This document shows, in pieces, positions 44,895-56,027 of a stretch of 64,000 nucleotides of DNA. The DNA is taken from positions 66,530 through 130,529 of the forward strand of contig JABSRZ010000006.1 of the NCBI GenBank assembly GCA_013214705.1. The letters run 5' to 3'. A program made the translations under genes and the position numbers. Under the pieces are notes generated by a model. The model saw nothing but the letters and a program-made list of their open reading frames with translations, ran no database searches and was not told where the DNA came from. The first letter of the stretch is position 1, and every line of letters starts with the position of its first letter. This DNA is from Hyphomicrobiales bacterium. Its GTDB lineage: Bacteria; Pseudomonadota; Alphaproteobacteria; Rhizobiales; OSC116.

Positions 44895-47507
44895 TTAAGT
44901 ATTTTGTAAAAACGGCCCGGCTTTGCGGCCCAAAATGCGCCACGTGCCAAATAGACCCAATACTAACACTGACAATGTACCCAATATAAGCGTCAGAACC
45001 GCGCGCGACATTATGAATTCATAGGGAATACTCATAAAGCCCATTATGGTTTGCGCGGCAATGCTGCCCAGCAATAAGGCGATGAGCGATGCTAACAGAC
45101 CCAATATGGTGAATTCGGCTACCAACACGCCGAGCAAGCGGTTGCGGGTCGCGCCCAAGGCTTTTAAAATCACCAAATCGTAAGTGCGGGCGCGGTTGCC
45201 CGCCGCAATGGCTCCACCTAAAACCAAAAACCCGGTGATTAAAGTTAAACCACCCGCCAAGCGGATAACCATGGTCAATTGTGTGGTTAGTTCGTAAGCG
45301 GTTTCTAAGGCACTGCGCATGGCAATGGTGGTGATGGTGGGGAATTTATTGACCAGTTGTTTTTGAATATTGGCTTCGTCCTCTATGCTGGCGGTCTCAT
45401 CCAAAGTGATGGTTGCCATAAACACATGCGGGGCGTCTTCTAAAGTATTGGGCGAAAATACCATGACAAAATTAATGCCCAACCCCTGCCATTCGACATG
45501 GCGGAAACTGGCTATTTTGGCGCGAATCTCGCGGCCAAACAGGTTGATGGTGATGTAATCGCCAATGTTAAGTTCAAACGCATCGGCGATGTCATCGACC
45601 AAGGAGACCAGTGGCTCGCCAGAGTAATCCTCATCCCACCATTCGCCTTGTGTCAGGCTGCTATTATCGGGCAATGTGGCCGAATAAGTAAGCCCACGGC
45701 TGCCGCGGGTTACCCAGCCTTGACCTTCTGGCACTGTGAGTTTATTGACATCTATATCTTTAAGTTTGACAATTTTGCCGCGCATTAACGGCACGGTTTC
45801 GACAGTTTGCACCACGCCAGTTGACGCTAACAATGTATTCAGCGGCTTTACTTGATCTTTCTTTATATCCAGCAAGAAAAACGCTGGCGCGCGTTCGGGC
45901 AAATCTTGTTTTAATTGCCGGGCAATATTGCCCTCGACCATTGACAAGGTCACCAATAAGGTCAGGCCCAAACCGAGCGAAATGATAATAGTGGTAAGCG
46001 GGCTTTGTGGCCGCGCCATATTGCTAATGGCCAAACGCAGTTCTGGCCGTTTGGTGCGCGGCATTTTGCGCATGATAAAATTAATCGCAAAGCCAACCAC
46101 GCGCAGCAATATAAAGGCGGTAAATACCGCGCCAACAAACCATTGGGCAATGGGGTGGTAATCGGCCAAAGCCAAAGTAAGCCAAACCAACAGAGCGAGG
46201 AAGGCGAGGATGGGAATTACGAATTTTAAACTGGGTCTAAAGCGGCTATTCTCAATATGAGCGCGGTAAAGTGAACGCGGAGATATTCTATATATCGCGG
46301 CCAATGGCAGCAGCGAGAAAATGGCCGAAATAAGCAAGCCAGAAAGTCCTGCAGCTAACAAGGGCATAAAATAAACACTGGCAACCAACGGCAGGGGCAA
46401 TAAATCTTTAAACAACATGATGAAGATATAAGGCATGCCAGCGCCAAATATTATGCCCATAATGATGCCAAACAATGTAATGCCAAATATCTGCAAACTA
46501 TATAATTTAAACACCAAGCCATCGGTGGCACCGAGGCTTTTGAAAGTGGCAATGGAGGCGCGCTTGCCTTCAATGTATAATTTCACACTATTGGCGATGC
46601 CAACGCCGCCAACCACCAAAATGGTCAGGCTGATAAGCGTTAAGAAAATGGTCAGCCGCTCAACAATGCGCTGCAAATTGGGCGCAGCGTTGGTTTTGTC
46701 CATCACCCGGTTGACAGATTTGGGAAAATCTTGCTTTAAATTGGTTTTAAAATTTTCCACTGCGGTTTCGGTTTTGTCGAAAAGTTGAATTTTATGATAT
46801 TGGTCAAATATCGAGCCGGTTTCAATTAAGTCGGCCGCTAGCATAGCCTCGCGGCTTATAATAATGCGCGGGCCAAACGTAAACGGGGCAGATACCCGGT
46901 CTGGCTCACTGTGAATTGTGCCGCGAATGTCAAACAATTGTGAGCCAAATTTTAAAATGTCACCAATTTCGATGTCGAGCCGGTAAAGCAAAGCTTGGTC
47001 GACCAATACGCCAAAATAATCGGCTTTAAACGCCAGAATGTCGGCGGTTTCTGCCGGGTTTAAGATAAGCCGCGCATCGGCTGTATCAACATCCAAAGTG
47101 CCAATGAGTGGGTATAGACTATCGACCGATTTGGCATCGACCAAAATGGCGTTATCTGGGTCATTTTGGCCGCGTGCCATGCCTCTAAAATGCGAAACCT
47201 CGGTTAATTGGCCTTGTTTGGCAAAATAGGCGAGCATGTCATCATCGGCAAATTGATTGGTTAGGCGCACGTCGACATCGCCACCGAGTAATATTTGGCC
47301 GCTGTCATTTAAACCACTGTTGAGGCTGGCACTAAATGTGCCGACCAAAGCGATGGCAAAAACGCCTAAAAATATGGCGGTTAAAAATATACCAAACCCA
47401 CGCACGCCGCCCCAAATGCCACCATTTTTGAAATTAGATATGATTTCGCGGCTGGCCCATTTAAATGCCAAACCTTTTTCGTCTTTAACTATAGTGAATT
47501 GTGGCAT
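44895..47507 (-). CDS. ybbP: FtsX-like ABC transporter permease, large duplicated type (YbbP-like)
   Basis: 870 aa with two FtsX/MacB-type 4-TM modules separated by large extracytoplasmic domains. It sits directly behind a LolD/YbbA-type ATPase (TAAATG junction). Confidence 0.85.
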   Translation of the reverse strand: MPQFTIVKDEKGLAFKWASREIISNFKNGGIWGGVRGFGIFLTAIFLGVFAIALVGTFSASLNSGLNDSGQILLGGDVDVRLTNQFADDDMLAYFAKQGQLTEVSHFRGMARGQNDPDNAILVDAKSVDSLYPLIGTLDVDTADARLILNPAETADILAFKADYFGVLVDQALLYRLDIEIGDILKFGSQLFDIRGTIHSEPDRVSAPFTFGPRIIISREAMLAADLIETGSIFDQYHKIQLFDKTETAVENFKTNLKQDFPKSVNRVMDKTNAAPNLQRIVERLTIFLTLISLTILVVGGVGIANSVKLYIEGKRASIATFKSLGATDGLVFKLYSLQIFGITLFGIIMGIIFGAGMPYIFIMLFKDLLPLPLVASVYFMPLLAAGLSGLLISAIFSLLPLAAIYRISPRSLYRAHIENSRFRPSLKFVIPILAFLALLVWLTLALADYHPIAQWFVGAVFTAFILLRVVGFAINFIMRKMPRTKRPELRLAISNMARPQSPLTTIIISLGLGLTLLVTLSMVEGNIARQLKQDLPERAPAFFLLDIKKDQVKPLNTLLASTGVVQTVETVPLMRGKIVKLKDIDVNKLTVPEGQGWVTRGSRGLTYSATLPDNSSLTQGEWWDEDYSGEPLVSLVDDIADAFELNIGDYITINLFGREIRAKIASFRHVEWQGLGINFVMVFSPNTLEDAPHVFMATITLDETASIEDEANIQKQLVNKFPTITTIAMRSALETAYELTTQLTMVIRLAGGLTLITGFLVLGGAIAAGNRARTYDLVILKALGATRNRLLGVLVAEFTILGLLASLIALLLGSIAAQTIMGFMSIPYEFIMSRAVLTLILGTLSVLVLGLFGTWRILGRKAGPFLQNT

Positions 47508-48215
47508 TTACAGCTCCAAATTTTCGGCGTGAGACAGAGCGTGTAATTTGCCATTCTCTAGCCTTAAAATGCGGTCAGCCCGTTGTGCCAGCTCCAAATC
47601 ATGGGTGATGAGCAACAAGGTGCGGCCTTCTTGTTTGTTCAATTGAAACAATAATTCGGCTATTTCGCGGCCGGTGGCTTCATCTAAATTGCCGGTTGGT
47701 TCATCGGCCAAAATTAATTTGGCGTTAGATGACAAAGCCCGGGCAATGGCCACCCGTTGTTGTTCACCGCCCGACAGTTGGGCTGGGTAATGGTCGAGCC
47801 TATGCGCCAAACCGACTTTATCTAGCCAGCTTTTGGCCTGATCTAGGGCATCATCTTTTTGTTGTAATTCTAGCGGGATGGCAACATTTTCGATGGCCGT
47901 CATGGTGGGTATCAGATGAAAGTTTTGAAAAACAATGCCTATATTTTCTTTGCGAAATAAGGCAAATTCATCTTCGGTGAAATTGCTAACATCTTGGTTT
48001 AACAACTTTAAATTGCCGCCTGATATATCTTCTAACCCGGCCAACAACATAAGAATAGAAGATTTGCCCGAGCCAGATGGCCCAACCAAGACAACCGCTT
48101 CGCCGTCCATAACCTCTAAATCCACACCTTTGAGCACATCTATTTGGCCGGCGCCTGAGCTATAGGATAGTGAAAGATTGTCAGTGAATATGATTTGGTT
48201 TTCAGATGTGGTCAT
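47508..48215 (-). CDS. ybbA: ABC transporter ATP-binding protein (YbbA/LolD-like)
   Basis: Walker [24 protein letters not shown] and Walker [13 protein letters not shown]. Confidence 0.9.
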   Translation of the reverse strand: MTTSENQIIFTDNLSLSYSSGAGQIDVLKGVDLEVMDGEAVVLVGPSGSGKSSILMLLAGLEDISGGNLKLLNQDVSNFTEDEFALFRKENIGIVFQNFHLIPTMTAIENVAIPLELQQKDDALDQAKSWLDKVGLAHRLDHYPAQLSGGEQQRVAIARALSSNAKLILADEPTGNLDEATGREIAELLFQLNKQEGRTLLLITHDLELAQRADRILRLENGKLHALSHAENLEL

Positions 48216-48322
48216 ATAGAACTCTTAATTGGACGTTAAACTTATTTATTGTTGGATTGGCCTTGACCAATATATAATGCATTGTCATATATTCAATAAG
48301 ATATATGTAACAAAAAGGTGAT

Positions 48323-48979
48323 ATGGTGAAATATATTGTGAATTTCAAGAGGCTGATTGCCGCCACAGGGTTTTTATTTGCCGCCTCATTTGCCACGCAA
48401 AGCTTGGCGATAGAAACACAAGCCAAATTATTTATATTGGGCGATAGCCTCACCGCCGGCTACGGGTTGGACGATTTGGCCGACAGCTTCCCCAATAAAT
48501 TGGCCAATGAGCTGACAAAAATGGGCAAAAATGTGGTGGTTATCGGCTCTGGAGTTTCGGGCGATACCAGCACGTCGGCCAATGAGAGATTGTTATGGGC
48601 ATTGGGCGATGTTAAAGCTGAAAACATAAAATATGCAATTATTGAATTGGGCGCAAATGACGCTTTTAGAGGTGTATCGCCGGCTGAAACCAAATTGGCC
48701 TTGCAAGCCATAATAGATAAATTGGCCGCCCAAAATATCAAGACCATGCTGGCGGGAATGCTGGCGCCGCCCAATATGGGCGATGAATATGAGGCGGAGT
48801 TTTCACAAATATTTATCGATTTAGCGCGTGAAAATGAATTGCTATTTTACCCGTTTTTTTTAAAAGGTGTGGCCGGGCAATTAAATTTGAACCAAAAGGA
48901 CGGCATCCACCCGACCCCAGAGGGGGTCGATATGATTATCGTTAATATTATGCCGTCTATACTTGAATTAATCGAATAA
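48323..48979 (+). CDS. tesA: SGNH/GDSL arylesterase-thioesterase (TesA-like)
   Basis: Signal peptide, a GDSL block (FILGDSLTAGYG), a GANDA block and a DGIHP block. Its position divergent from ybbA-ybbP matches the E. coli tesA-ybbA-ybbP arrangement. Confidence 0.8.
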   Translation: MVKYIVNFKRLIAATGFLFAASFATQSLAIETQAKLFILGDSLTAGYGLDDLADSFPNKLANELTKMGKNVVVIGSGVSGDTSTSANERLLWALGDVKAENIKYAIIELGANDAFRGVSPAETKLALQAIIDKLAAQNIKTMLAGMLAPPNMGDEYEAEFSQIFIDLARENELLFYPFFLKGVAGQLNLNQKDGIHPTPEGVDMIIVNIMPSILELIE

Positions 48980-49054
48980 TCTATCTATAAATAGCAGTTC
49001 AGCGGTAGAAAATTCTTAAGCCGATTTTGAGACTAACATTTTTTGGGAAATTGT

Positions 49055-50095
49055 ATGGAATATAGAAAACTTGGCCGCAGTGGCATAGATGTGAGCGCAA
49101 TTTGCCTTGGCACGATGACGTGGGGGCAACAAAATACTCAAGCCGAAGGGTTTGAACAAATGGATTATGCGCTTGAGCAGGGGATTAATTTTTTTGACAC
49201 CGCTGAGCTTTATTCCATTCCGCCCAAAGCCGATACCCAAGGCAGCACCGAAACCATTATTGGCAATTATTTTGCCGAACGTAAAAACCGCGATAAGGTG
49301 ATATTAGCCTCCAAAGTAGTTGGCCGTTCTGGGATGAATTGGTTTCGCGCCGATGGCAGCAATACACAGCTTAACCGCGCCAATATGGAAGAAGCTTTGA
49401 ACAATAGCCTCCGTCGTTTGCAAACCGATTATATCGACCTATATCAACTGCATTGGCCTGACCGGCCAACATTGGCATTTGGTGCGGCAGTGTTTAAAGA
49501 CATGGGCGGCGAAAAAAATACCATTGCCGAAATTTTGGATGTTTTGGATGGTTTTGTAAAAGCCGGCAAAATTAGACATATTGGCCTGTCCAACGAGAGC
49601 AGTTGGGGCACGGCGAAGTTTTTACAATTGTCAGAAGTAAATGGTCAAGCCCGCGTGCAAAGCGTGCAAAATGCTTATAACTTTCTGAACCGGGCTTATG
49701 AATATGGTTTGGCCGAATTTGCCCACCGTGAAGATTGTGGTTTGCTGGCTTATTCGCCGCTGGCACAAGGCATATTGTCGGGCAAATACTTAAATGGCGC
49801 GAAACCCGCTGGCGCACGCAAAACATTATTTGGCCGTATGGACAGATATGAAACTCCGGGGGCCGTAGAAGCCACCACTAAATATGTGCAGATAGCTAAA
49901 GATTTTGGCGTAGATGCCGCCCAAATGGCCAACCAATTTGTAACCACACGTAGTTTTGTAACCTCTAATATTTTTGGGGCAACCACTATGGAGCAGTTAA
50001 AATCTGTTATCGATTCAGTGAATTTAGACATTACTGAAGAGATGGAAGCGGCCATAAACGCGGTGCATGCGGTGCATACCAACCCTTGTGTCTAA
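49055..50095 (+). CDS. Aldo/keto reductase (Tas/YghZ-like)
   Basis: MEYRKLGRSGIDVSAICLGTMTWG N-terminus with catalytic D/Y/K/H context (FFDTAELYS, LASK, LHWPD). The ATG at 49055 is preferred over the TTG at 49043. Confidence 0.88.
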   Translation: MEYRKLGRSGIDVSAICLGTMTWGQQNTQAEGFEQMDYALEQGINFFDTAELYSIPPKADTQGSTETIIGNYFAERKNRDKVILASKVVGRSGMNWFRADGSNTQLNRANMEEALNNSLRRLQTDYIDLYQLHWPDRPTLAFGAAVFKDMGGEKNTIAEILDVLDGFVKAGKIRHIGLSNESSWGTAKFLQLSEVNGQARVQSVQNAYNFLNRAYEYGLAEFAHREDCGLLAYSPLAQGILSGKYLNGAKPAGARKTLFGRMDRYETPGAVEATTKYVQIAKDFGVDAAQMANQFVTTRSFVTSNIFGATTMEQLKSVIDSVNLDITEEMEAAINAVHAVHTNPCV

Positions 50096-50115
50096 ATATT
50101 TGACTTAAAACGATT

Positions 50116-50148
50116 AAGCCGCCTTAAATTTTTGGGCGGCTTGTTGTT
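50116..50148 (+). terminator. Probable terminator after the aldo/keto reductase gene
   Basis: AAGCCGCC, a 10-nt loop and GGCGGCTT followed by a T-rich tract (TTGTTGTT). Confidence 0.5.
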
Positions 50149-50186
50149 GGGCTTGCTAATTGCGACCGAGCGCTTATATATAAGCC

Positions 50187-50633
50187 ATGCGAATAAACTT
50201 TAAAAAAACCAAAAAAATAACCCACACATCAAACCAGCTAACCAAGATGGATGATGAAATGGCGGGCAAATATTTGGCTGTGGCGCAATATAATTACAAA
50301 AAACACGGGCGGGTGAAGCTTGGTTTTTGGCCTAAATTCAGGCGGTTTGTCGGCAAAGTTCCGTTTAGTGATGACCTTTTAGCGGCCTATTATTGCGCGT
50401 TTGATACCAAAACACCGCGCAAAGTCAGGGGCGTTTTACTGGCTGCATTGGCGTATTTTATAATGCCGATAGATTTTGTACCCGATTTTATCATCGGCTT
50501 AGGCTTTAGTGATGATGCCACAGTGTTGATGACGGCGTTTGGTTTGGTGTCGCAATATGTCAAACCAGAGCATAAACAAAAAGCCCGTGAAAAGCTCGCA
50601 CAAGAACTGGCCAAGGCGGATGAAAAATCGTGA
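50187..50633 (+). CDS. DUF1232 (YkvA-like) membrane protein
   Basis: ALAYFIMPIDFVPDFIIGLGFSDDATV is the DUF1232 core motif. Confidence 0.8.
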   Translation: MRINFKKTKKITHTSNQLTKMDDEMAGKYLAVAQYNYKKHGRVKLGFWPKFRRFVGKVPFSDDLLAAYYCAFDTKTPRKVRGVLLAALAYFIMPIDFVPDFIIGLGFSDDATVLMTAFGLVSQYVKPEHKQKAREKLAQELAKADEKS

Positions 50634-50776
50634 AATTGATTGCTAGGGAAGAGGGGCGAGCCAATTTATTGGCGAACTTGCCGACTGAGGCCGCCCGTTA
50701 GGGCGCACACGCGTAGGCCAGCACAAAGTGCGGTGCGGCCGTGAGCTATATGTCGAGCCAAGGCGGATGAAAAATC
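50610..50776. repeat. Intergenic structured repeat, copy B: 127-bp insert (50630-50756) bracketed by a perfect 20-bp direct repeat
   Basis: GCCAAGGCGGATGAAAAATC occurs at 50610-50629 and again at 50757-50776. The insert shares a 27-nt exact block (50654-50680) with the reverse complement of 62506-62532, and a second block with 16156-16232. Confidence 0.75.
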
Positions 50777-50781
50777 ATAAC

Positions 50782-51093
50782 TTAATCGTCAACTTTAAAC
50801 CGCCATTTTTTTTCGATATAATGGTTTAAATCTATATTTTGTGTGGCGGCAAAAATCATAATCATGCCCAATATATCTGCGGTTTCAGCAGCTAACATTT
50901 GTTTAAGTTCATCCGGCGTTTGGCCTTTGTCGCGCCCACGGCCAGTGTGCATAAGCCACGCCTGAAACAGCTCGCCAACTTCTTCTTGCAATTTCATTAT
51001 TACCCAGTCGTCATCGCGTTTAATATTATATTTGCTACAATATTTTTGCCCGGCAGTGTCAAATTTTTGTGCCAACTCAGCTAGATTATGCAT
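50782..51093 (-). CDS. MazG-like nucleotide pyrophosphohydrolase domain protein
   Basis: 103 aa with an EEVGEL...E..D motif pair (LQEEVGELFQAW; AAETADILGMI), typical of small all-alpha NTP pyrophosphatases. Confidence 0.75.
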   Translation of the reverse strand: MHNLAELAQKFDTAGQKYCSKYNIKRDDDWVIMKLQEEVGELFQAWLMHTGRGRDKGQTPDELKQMLAAETADILGMIMIFAATQNIDLNHYIEKKWRFKVDD

Positions 51094-51212
51094 ATGTGGT
51101 CATTTCTTATGTTCTTGTTATGTTCCGATTGTTATAGCGGAAATAATTATTTTTGGCTATAAAATATTTATCTTTTACCGATATGTTGGTTAAAAATTAC
51201 CGGCACTAAAAT

Positions 51213-52328
51213 ATGAAACTCACCAAAACCTATCACCAACTTATTGACCAAGAGAATTTGGTTTTTGACCAAGCGCAATTTGCGGTGATGCAGAAATTGC
51301 AAAAATTATCGGATAATTTGCTAGAGCTGGCAAACCGCCCCAAGCCTTATTGGCTTAAATTATCGGCAAATTTTGGCATTTATAAAAAACCGCAGCCAGA
51401 ATTTATGGGGCTGTATATATATGGCGATGTCGGCCGTGGCAAATCGATGCTGATGGATTTATTTTATGAACAAATAGATGTGGTGCACAAGCGCCGGGTG
51501 CATTTTCATCAATTTATGCAAGAGATTCATGCTGGCATATTCGCCGCCCGGCAATTAACCGGCAAAGACGCGGTAGATGATCCGTTAGAGCCATTGGCGG
51601 CGGGCATTGCCTCTAAAGCTACCTTGTTATGTTTTGACGAATTTCAAGTGAATGACATTGCCGATGCGATGATTTTAAGGCGGTTATTCACCAAATTATT
51701 TGATGCCGGAGTGGTGGTGGTGGCGACCTCCAACCGCGCGCCAGATGAATTATATAAACATGGCATTAACCGCCAATTATTCACCCCGTTTATAACATTG
51801 CTAAACCAAAAATGCGATGTTGTGAGCTTAGAAGCCCAGCGCGATTACCGGTTAGACAGATTGCTAGGACATGAGGTTTATTTTCATCCGCTTGATGTGA
51901 ACGCACGCCAACAGATGGATGAAATGTGGAGCGAATTGACCGGTGGTGCCAAGGGCAAGCCAACCAGCCTAGAAATACAGGGACGTGAGCTGGTTATACC
52001 CTGCGCGCATAACGGCATAGCACGGTTAGAGTTTAGCGGCATTTGCGCGGATAATTTGGGCGCGGCCGATTATTTGGCCATTGCCGAGACTTACCACACT
52101 ATATTGATGGACAATATACCGCAATTATCTGCCGAAAATAGAAATGAGGCCAAACGGTTTGTGACATTTGTCGATGCCTTATATGAGCAAAATGTAAATT
52201 TCATTTGTTCGGCTGCGGTCGAGGTGACAGATTTATACTTAAAAGGCGATGGCGTATTTGAATTTGACCGTACGGTTTCAAGGTTGATGGAGATGCGCAG
52301 TGAGGCCTATATAATGTCGCAAGCTTAG
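51213..52328 (+). CDS. zapE: AFG1/ZapE family ATPase
   Basis: 371 aa with Walker A GDVGRGKSMLMD and Walker B LLCFDEFQV. It holds the conserved position upstream of mdh in alphaproteobacteria. Confidence 0.88.
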   Translation: MKLTKTYHQLIDQENLVFDQAQFAVMQKLQKLSDNLLELANRPKPYWLKLSANFGIYKKPQPEFMGLYIYGDVGRGKSMLMDLFYEQIDVVHKRRVHFHQFMQEIHAGIFAARQLTGKDAVDDPLEPLAAGIASKATLLCFDEFQVNDIADAMILRRLFTKLFDAGVVVVATSNRAPDELYKHGINRQLFTPFITLLNQKCDVVSLEAQRDYRLDRLLGHEVYFHPLDVNARQQMDEMWSELTGGAKGKPTSLEIQGRELVIPCAHNGIARLEFSGICADNLGAADYLAIAETYHTILMDNIPQLSAENRNEAKRFVTFVDALYEQNVNFICSAAVEVTDLYLKGDGVFEFDRTVSRLMEMRSEAYIMSQA

Positions 52329-52545
52329 GCCAAAACGAATCAATTTCATCAATTCTGCACAGCTTGTCTAAACTGGTGCGAAACTTCTCGTACATTAGAA
52401 CCAATTATTAACCAAATATTTCCACCTTTCGATTATTCCATAGGCAATTAATGCATATTTGCCAGCTTGCGCACAAAAAACCCACAAATATCAAGCTGAC
52501 GCTTGAATTTGTTTCGAAATGGGATTATTCAGCAGGGGTAATTAA

Positions 52546-53571
<1,026 letters not shown>

Positions 53572-53616
53572 TTTCGAAACAGTATAATTCTCCATTCCAA
53601 ATGATAAGGAATAATA

Positions 53617-54819
53617 ATGAATATTCATGAATATCAAGCCAAAGCCGTATTGCGCGAATTTGGCATCGTAACTGGCGAAGGCTTTGCCGCATTCACGGTT
53701 GAAGATGCCATCGAAGCAGCGAGCAAACTTGGTGGCCCAATATGGGTGGTCAAATCGCAAATTCACGCAGGTGGCCGCGGCAAGGGCAAGTTTAAAGAAG
53801 CGCAAGCTGGCGAACTTGGTGGTGTGCGGTTGGCTAAATCTGAAGCTGAAGTGGCGCAATATGCCAAGGAAATGCTCGGCAATACTTTGGTTACGCACCA
53901 AACTGGCCCGGCGGGCAAGCAAGTTAACCGGCTTTATATCGAAGCTGGTTGCGCCATTGCCGAAGAGCTCTATCTATCATTGCTTGTGGACCGCGCGACG
54001 AGCCGGGTTTCATTTGTGGCCTCTACCGAAGGTGGCATGGACATTGAAACCGTAGCTTCCGAGACACCCGAAAAAATTATTTCTTTTACCATTGACCCAG
54101 CCACCGGCATTTCTGGTTTACATGGCCGGCGTTTGGCAGCTGCCCTTGGCCTTAAAGGCGCAACCGCTAAACAAGCGGGCGCACTGGCTGCAAAACTTTA
54201 CAAAGCCTTTGTTGAAAAAGACATGGCAATGCTAGAAATTAACCCATTGGTTGTAACGGACACTGGCGACTTGGTGTGTTTGGATGCCAAAGTGAGCTTT
54301 GATGGCAACGCTCTATACCGCCAAAAAGACATTTTGGAGCTGCGGGATTTAACTGAAGAAGACGCCAAAGAAGTGAAAGCCGCCGAATATGACCTTAACT
54401 ATATTGCACTTGATGGCGAAATTGGTTGCATGGTCAATGGCGCTGGCTTGGCCATGGCGACTATGGACATTATCAACCTATATGGTTCATCACCGGCTAA
54501 CTTTTTAGATGTTGGTGGTGGTGCAACCCGCGAAAAGGTTACAGAAGCTTTTAAAATCATCACCTCTGACGACAATGTAAAAGGCATTTTGGTGAATATA
54601 TTTGGTGGCATTATGCGCTGCGATATTATAGCCGAAGGGGTGATAGCCGCAGCCAAGGAACTGGATTTGACAGTGCCATTGGTGGTTAGGTTAGAAGGTA
54701 CAAATGTTAAGTTGGGCAAAGAAATTTTGGCAAATTCAGGCATGGCGATTATTTCTGCCGACAACCTAGATGACGCCGCGCAAAAAATTGTTAAAGCTGT
54801 TAAGGAGGCAAATTCATGA
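53617..54819 (+). CDS. sucC: Succinyl-CoA ligase (ADP-forming) beta subunit
   Basis: [10 protein letters not shown]-terminus, an ATP-grasp domain and a [15 protein letters not shown] segment. Confidence 0.95.
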   Translation: MNIHEYQAKAVLREFGIVTGEGFAAFTVEDAIEAASKLGGPIWVVKSQIHAGGRGKGKFKEAQAGELGGVRLAKSEAEVAQYAKEMLGNTLVTHQTGPAGKQVNRLYIEAGCAIAEELYLSLLVDRATSRVSFVASTEGGMDIETVASETPEKIISFTIDPATGISGLHGRRLAAALGLKGATAKQAGALAAKLYKAFVEKDMAMLEINPLVVTDTGDLVCLDAKVSFDGNALYRQKDILELRDLTEEDAKEVKAAEYDLNYIALDGEIGCMVNGAGLAMATMDIINLYGSSPANFLDVGGGATREKVTEAFKIITSDDNVKGILVNIFGGIMRCDIIAEGVIAAAKELDLTVPLVVRLEGTNVKLGKEILANSGMAIISADNLDDAAQKIVKAVKEANS

Positions 54820-55691
54820 GTGTATTAGTCGGAAAAGATACCAGATTAATTTGCCAAGGCTTTACCGGTAGCCAAGGCACTTTTCATAGCGAACAAGCCA
54901 TTGCTTATGGCACAAATATGGTTGGTGGTGTAACCCCCGGCAAAGGTGGGCAAACCCATTTAAAGCTGCCTGTGTTTGACAGTGTGTTAGATGCCAAAGC
55001 CAAAACCGATGCCAATGCGACGGTCATTTATGTGCCGCCGCCATTTGCTGCCGATGCCATTTTAGAAGCTATCGATGCTGAGATTGAACTGGCCATCTGT
55101 ATCACCGAGGGCATTCCTGTTGCCGATATGATTAAAGTCAAACGGGCGTTAACTGGCTCTAAAACGCGGCTTGTTGGCCCTAACTGCCCGGGTGTTATCA
55201 CCCCTGGTTCTTGCAAAATCGGCATTATGCCCGGCCACATTCATATGCCGGGTTCAGTTGGCATTGTTTCACGTTCTGGCACGCTAACTTATGAAGCTGT
55301 AGCGCAAACCACAGCCGAAGGCCTCGGCCAATCAACCTGCATCGGCATTGGTGGCGACCCGGTTAACGGCACCAGCTTTATCGATTGTCTTGACCTATTT
55401 TTACATGATGAAAATACACAATCCATTGTTATGATTGGCGAAATTGGCGGCAGTGCTGAAGAAGAAGCGGCGGAATTCTTAATGCGTCACAAAATTAAAA
55501 AACCCGTGGTTGGCTTTATTGCTGGCCGCACGGCGCCTCCGGGCCGCACAATGGGCCACGCTGGCGCCATTATATCTGGTGGCAAAGGCGGCGCAGAAGA
55601 TAAAATGGCAGCGTTAGAAGAAGCTGGCATTCGGGTTTCGCCTAGCCCAGCCATGTTGGGTAAAACTTTGGTAGAATTGTTAAACGGCTAA
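54816..55691 (+). CDS. sucD: Succinyl-CoA ligase alpha subunit
   Basis: [12 protein letters not shown], with a phosphohistidine loop (MGHAGAII). It overlaps sucC by 4 nt. Confidence 0.95.
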   Translation: MSVLVGKDTRLICQGFTGSQGTFHSEQAIAYGTNMVGGVTPGKGGQTHLKLPVFDSVLDAKAKTDANATVIYVPPPFAADAILEAIDAEIELAICITEGIPVADMIKVKRALTGSKTRLVGPNCPGVITPGSCKIGIMPGHIHMPGSVGIVSRSGTLTYEAVAQTTAEGLGQSTCIGIGGDPVNGTSFIDCLDLFLHDENTQSIVMIGEIGGSAEEEAAEFLMRHKIKKPVVGFIAGRTAPPGRTMGHAGAIISGGKGGAEDKMAALEEAGIRVSPSPAMLGKTLVELLNG

Positions 55692-55710
55692 ACCAAGACA
55701 AAAATTTAAA

Positions 55711-55745
55711 AACCGATCTTTGAACGTCTTTGATCGGTTTTTTTA
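55711..55745 (+). terminator. Rho-independent terminator after sucD
   Basis: AACCGATC, a 13-nt loop, GATCGGTT and a T7 run. Confidence 0.7.
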
Positions 55746-56027
55746 ATCTAATTTTGGGCAAAATATAGACCAGAAATTTAGCGGTTTTATATTAGAAAAA
55801 TTATTTGATTGATTTTTTTATTAGGAAACCGTTAACTATAAAAAGTTTACTATAAATTGTAAAATGTAACGGTTTATAGTGGGCATTTGAAACTAAGGGA
55901 TAATTGGTGTTTTCACACCAATTATATGACGAAATTATGCGATTGAGAAAGCTCTAAAGAGTTTTTCTATAGAGTTTTATTGAGCGTTAAACTCAAGGGA
56001 TTAAGCCAGATGGCTTAGTCGAGAAAT

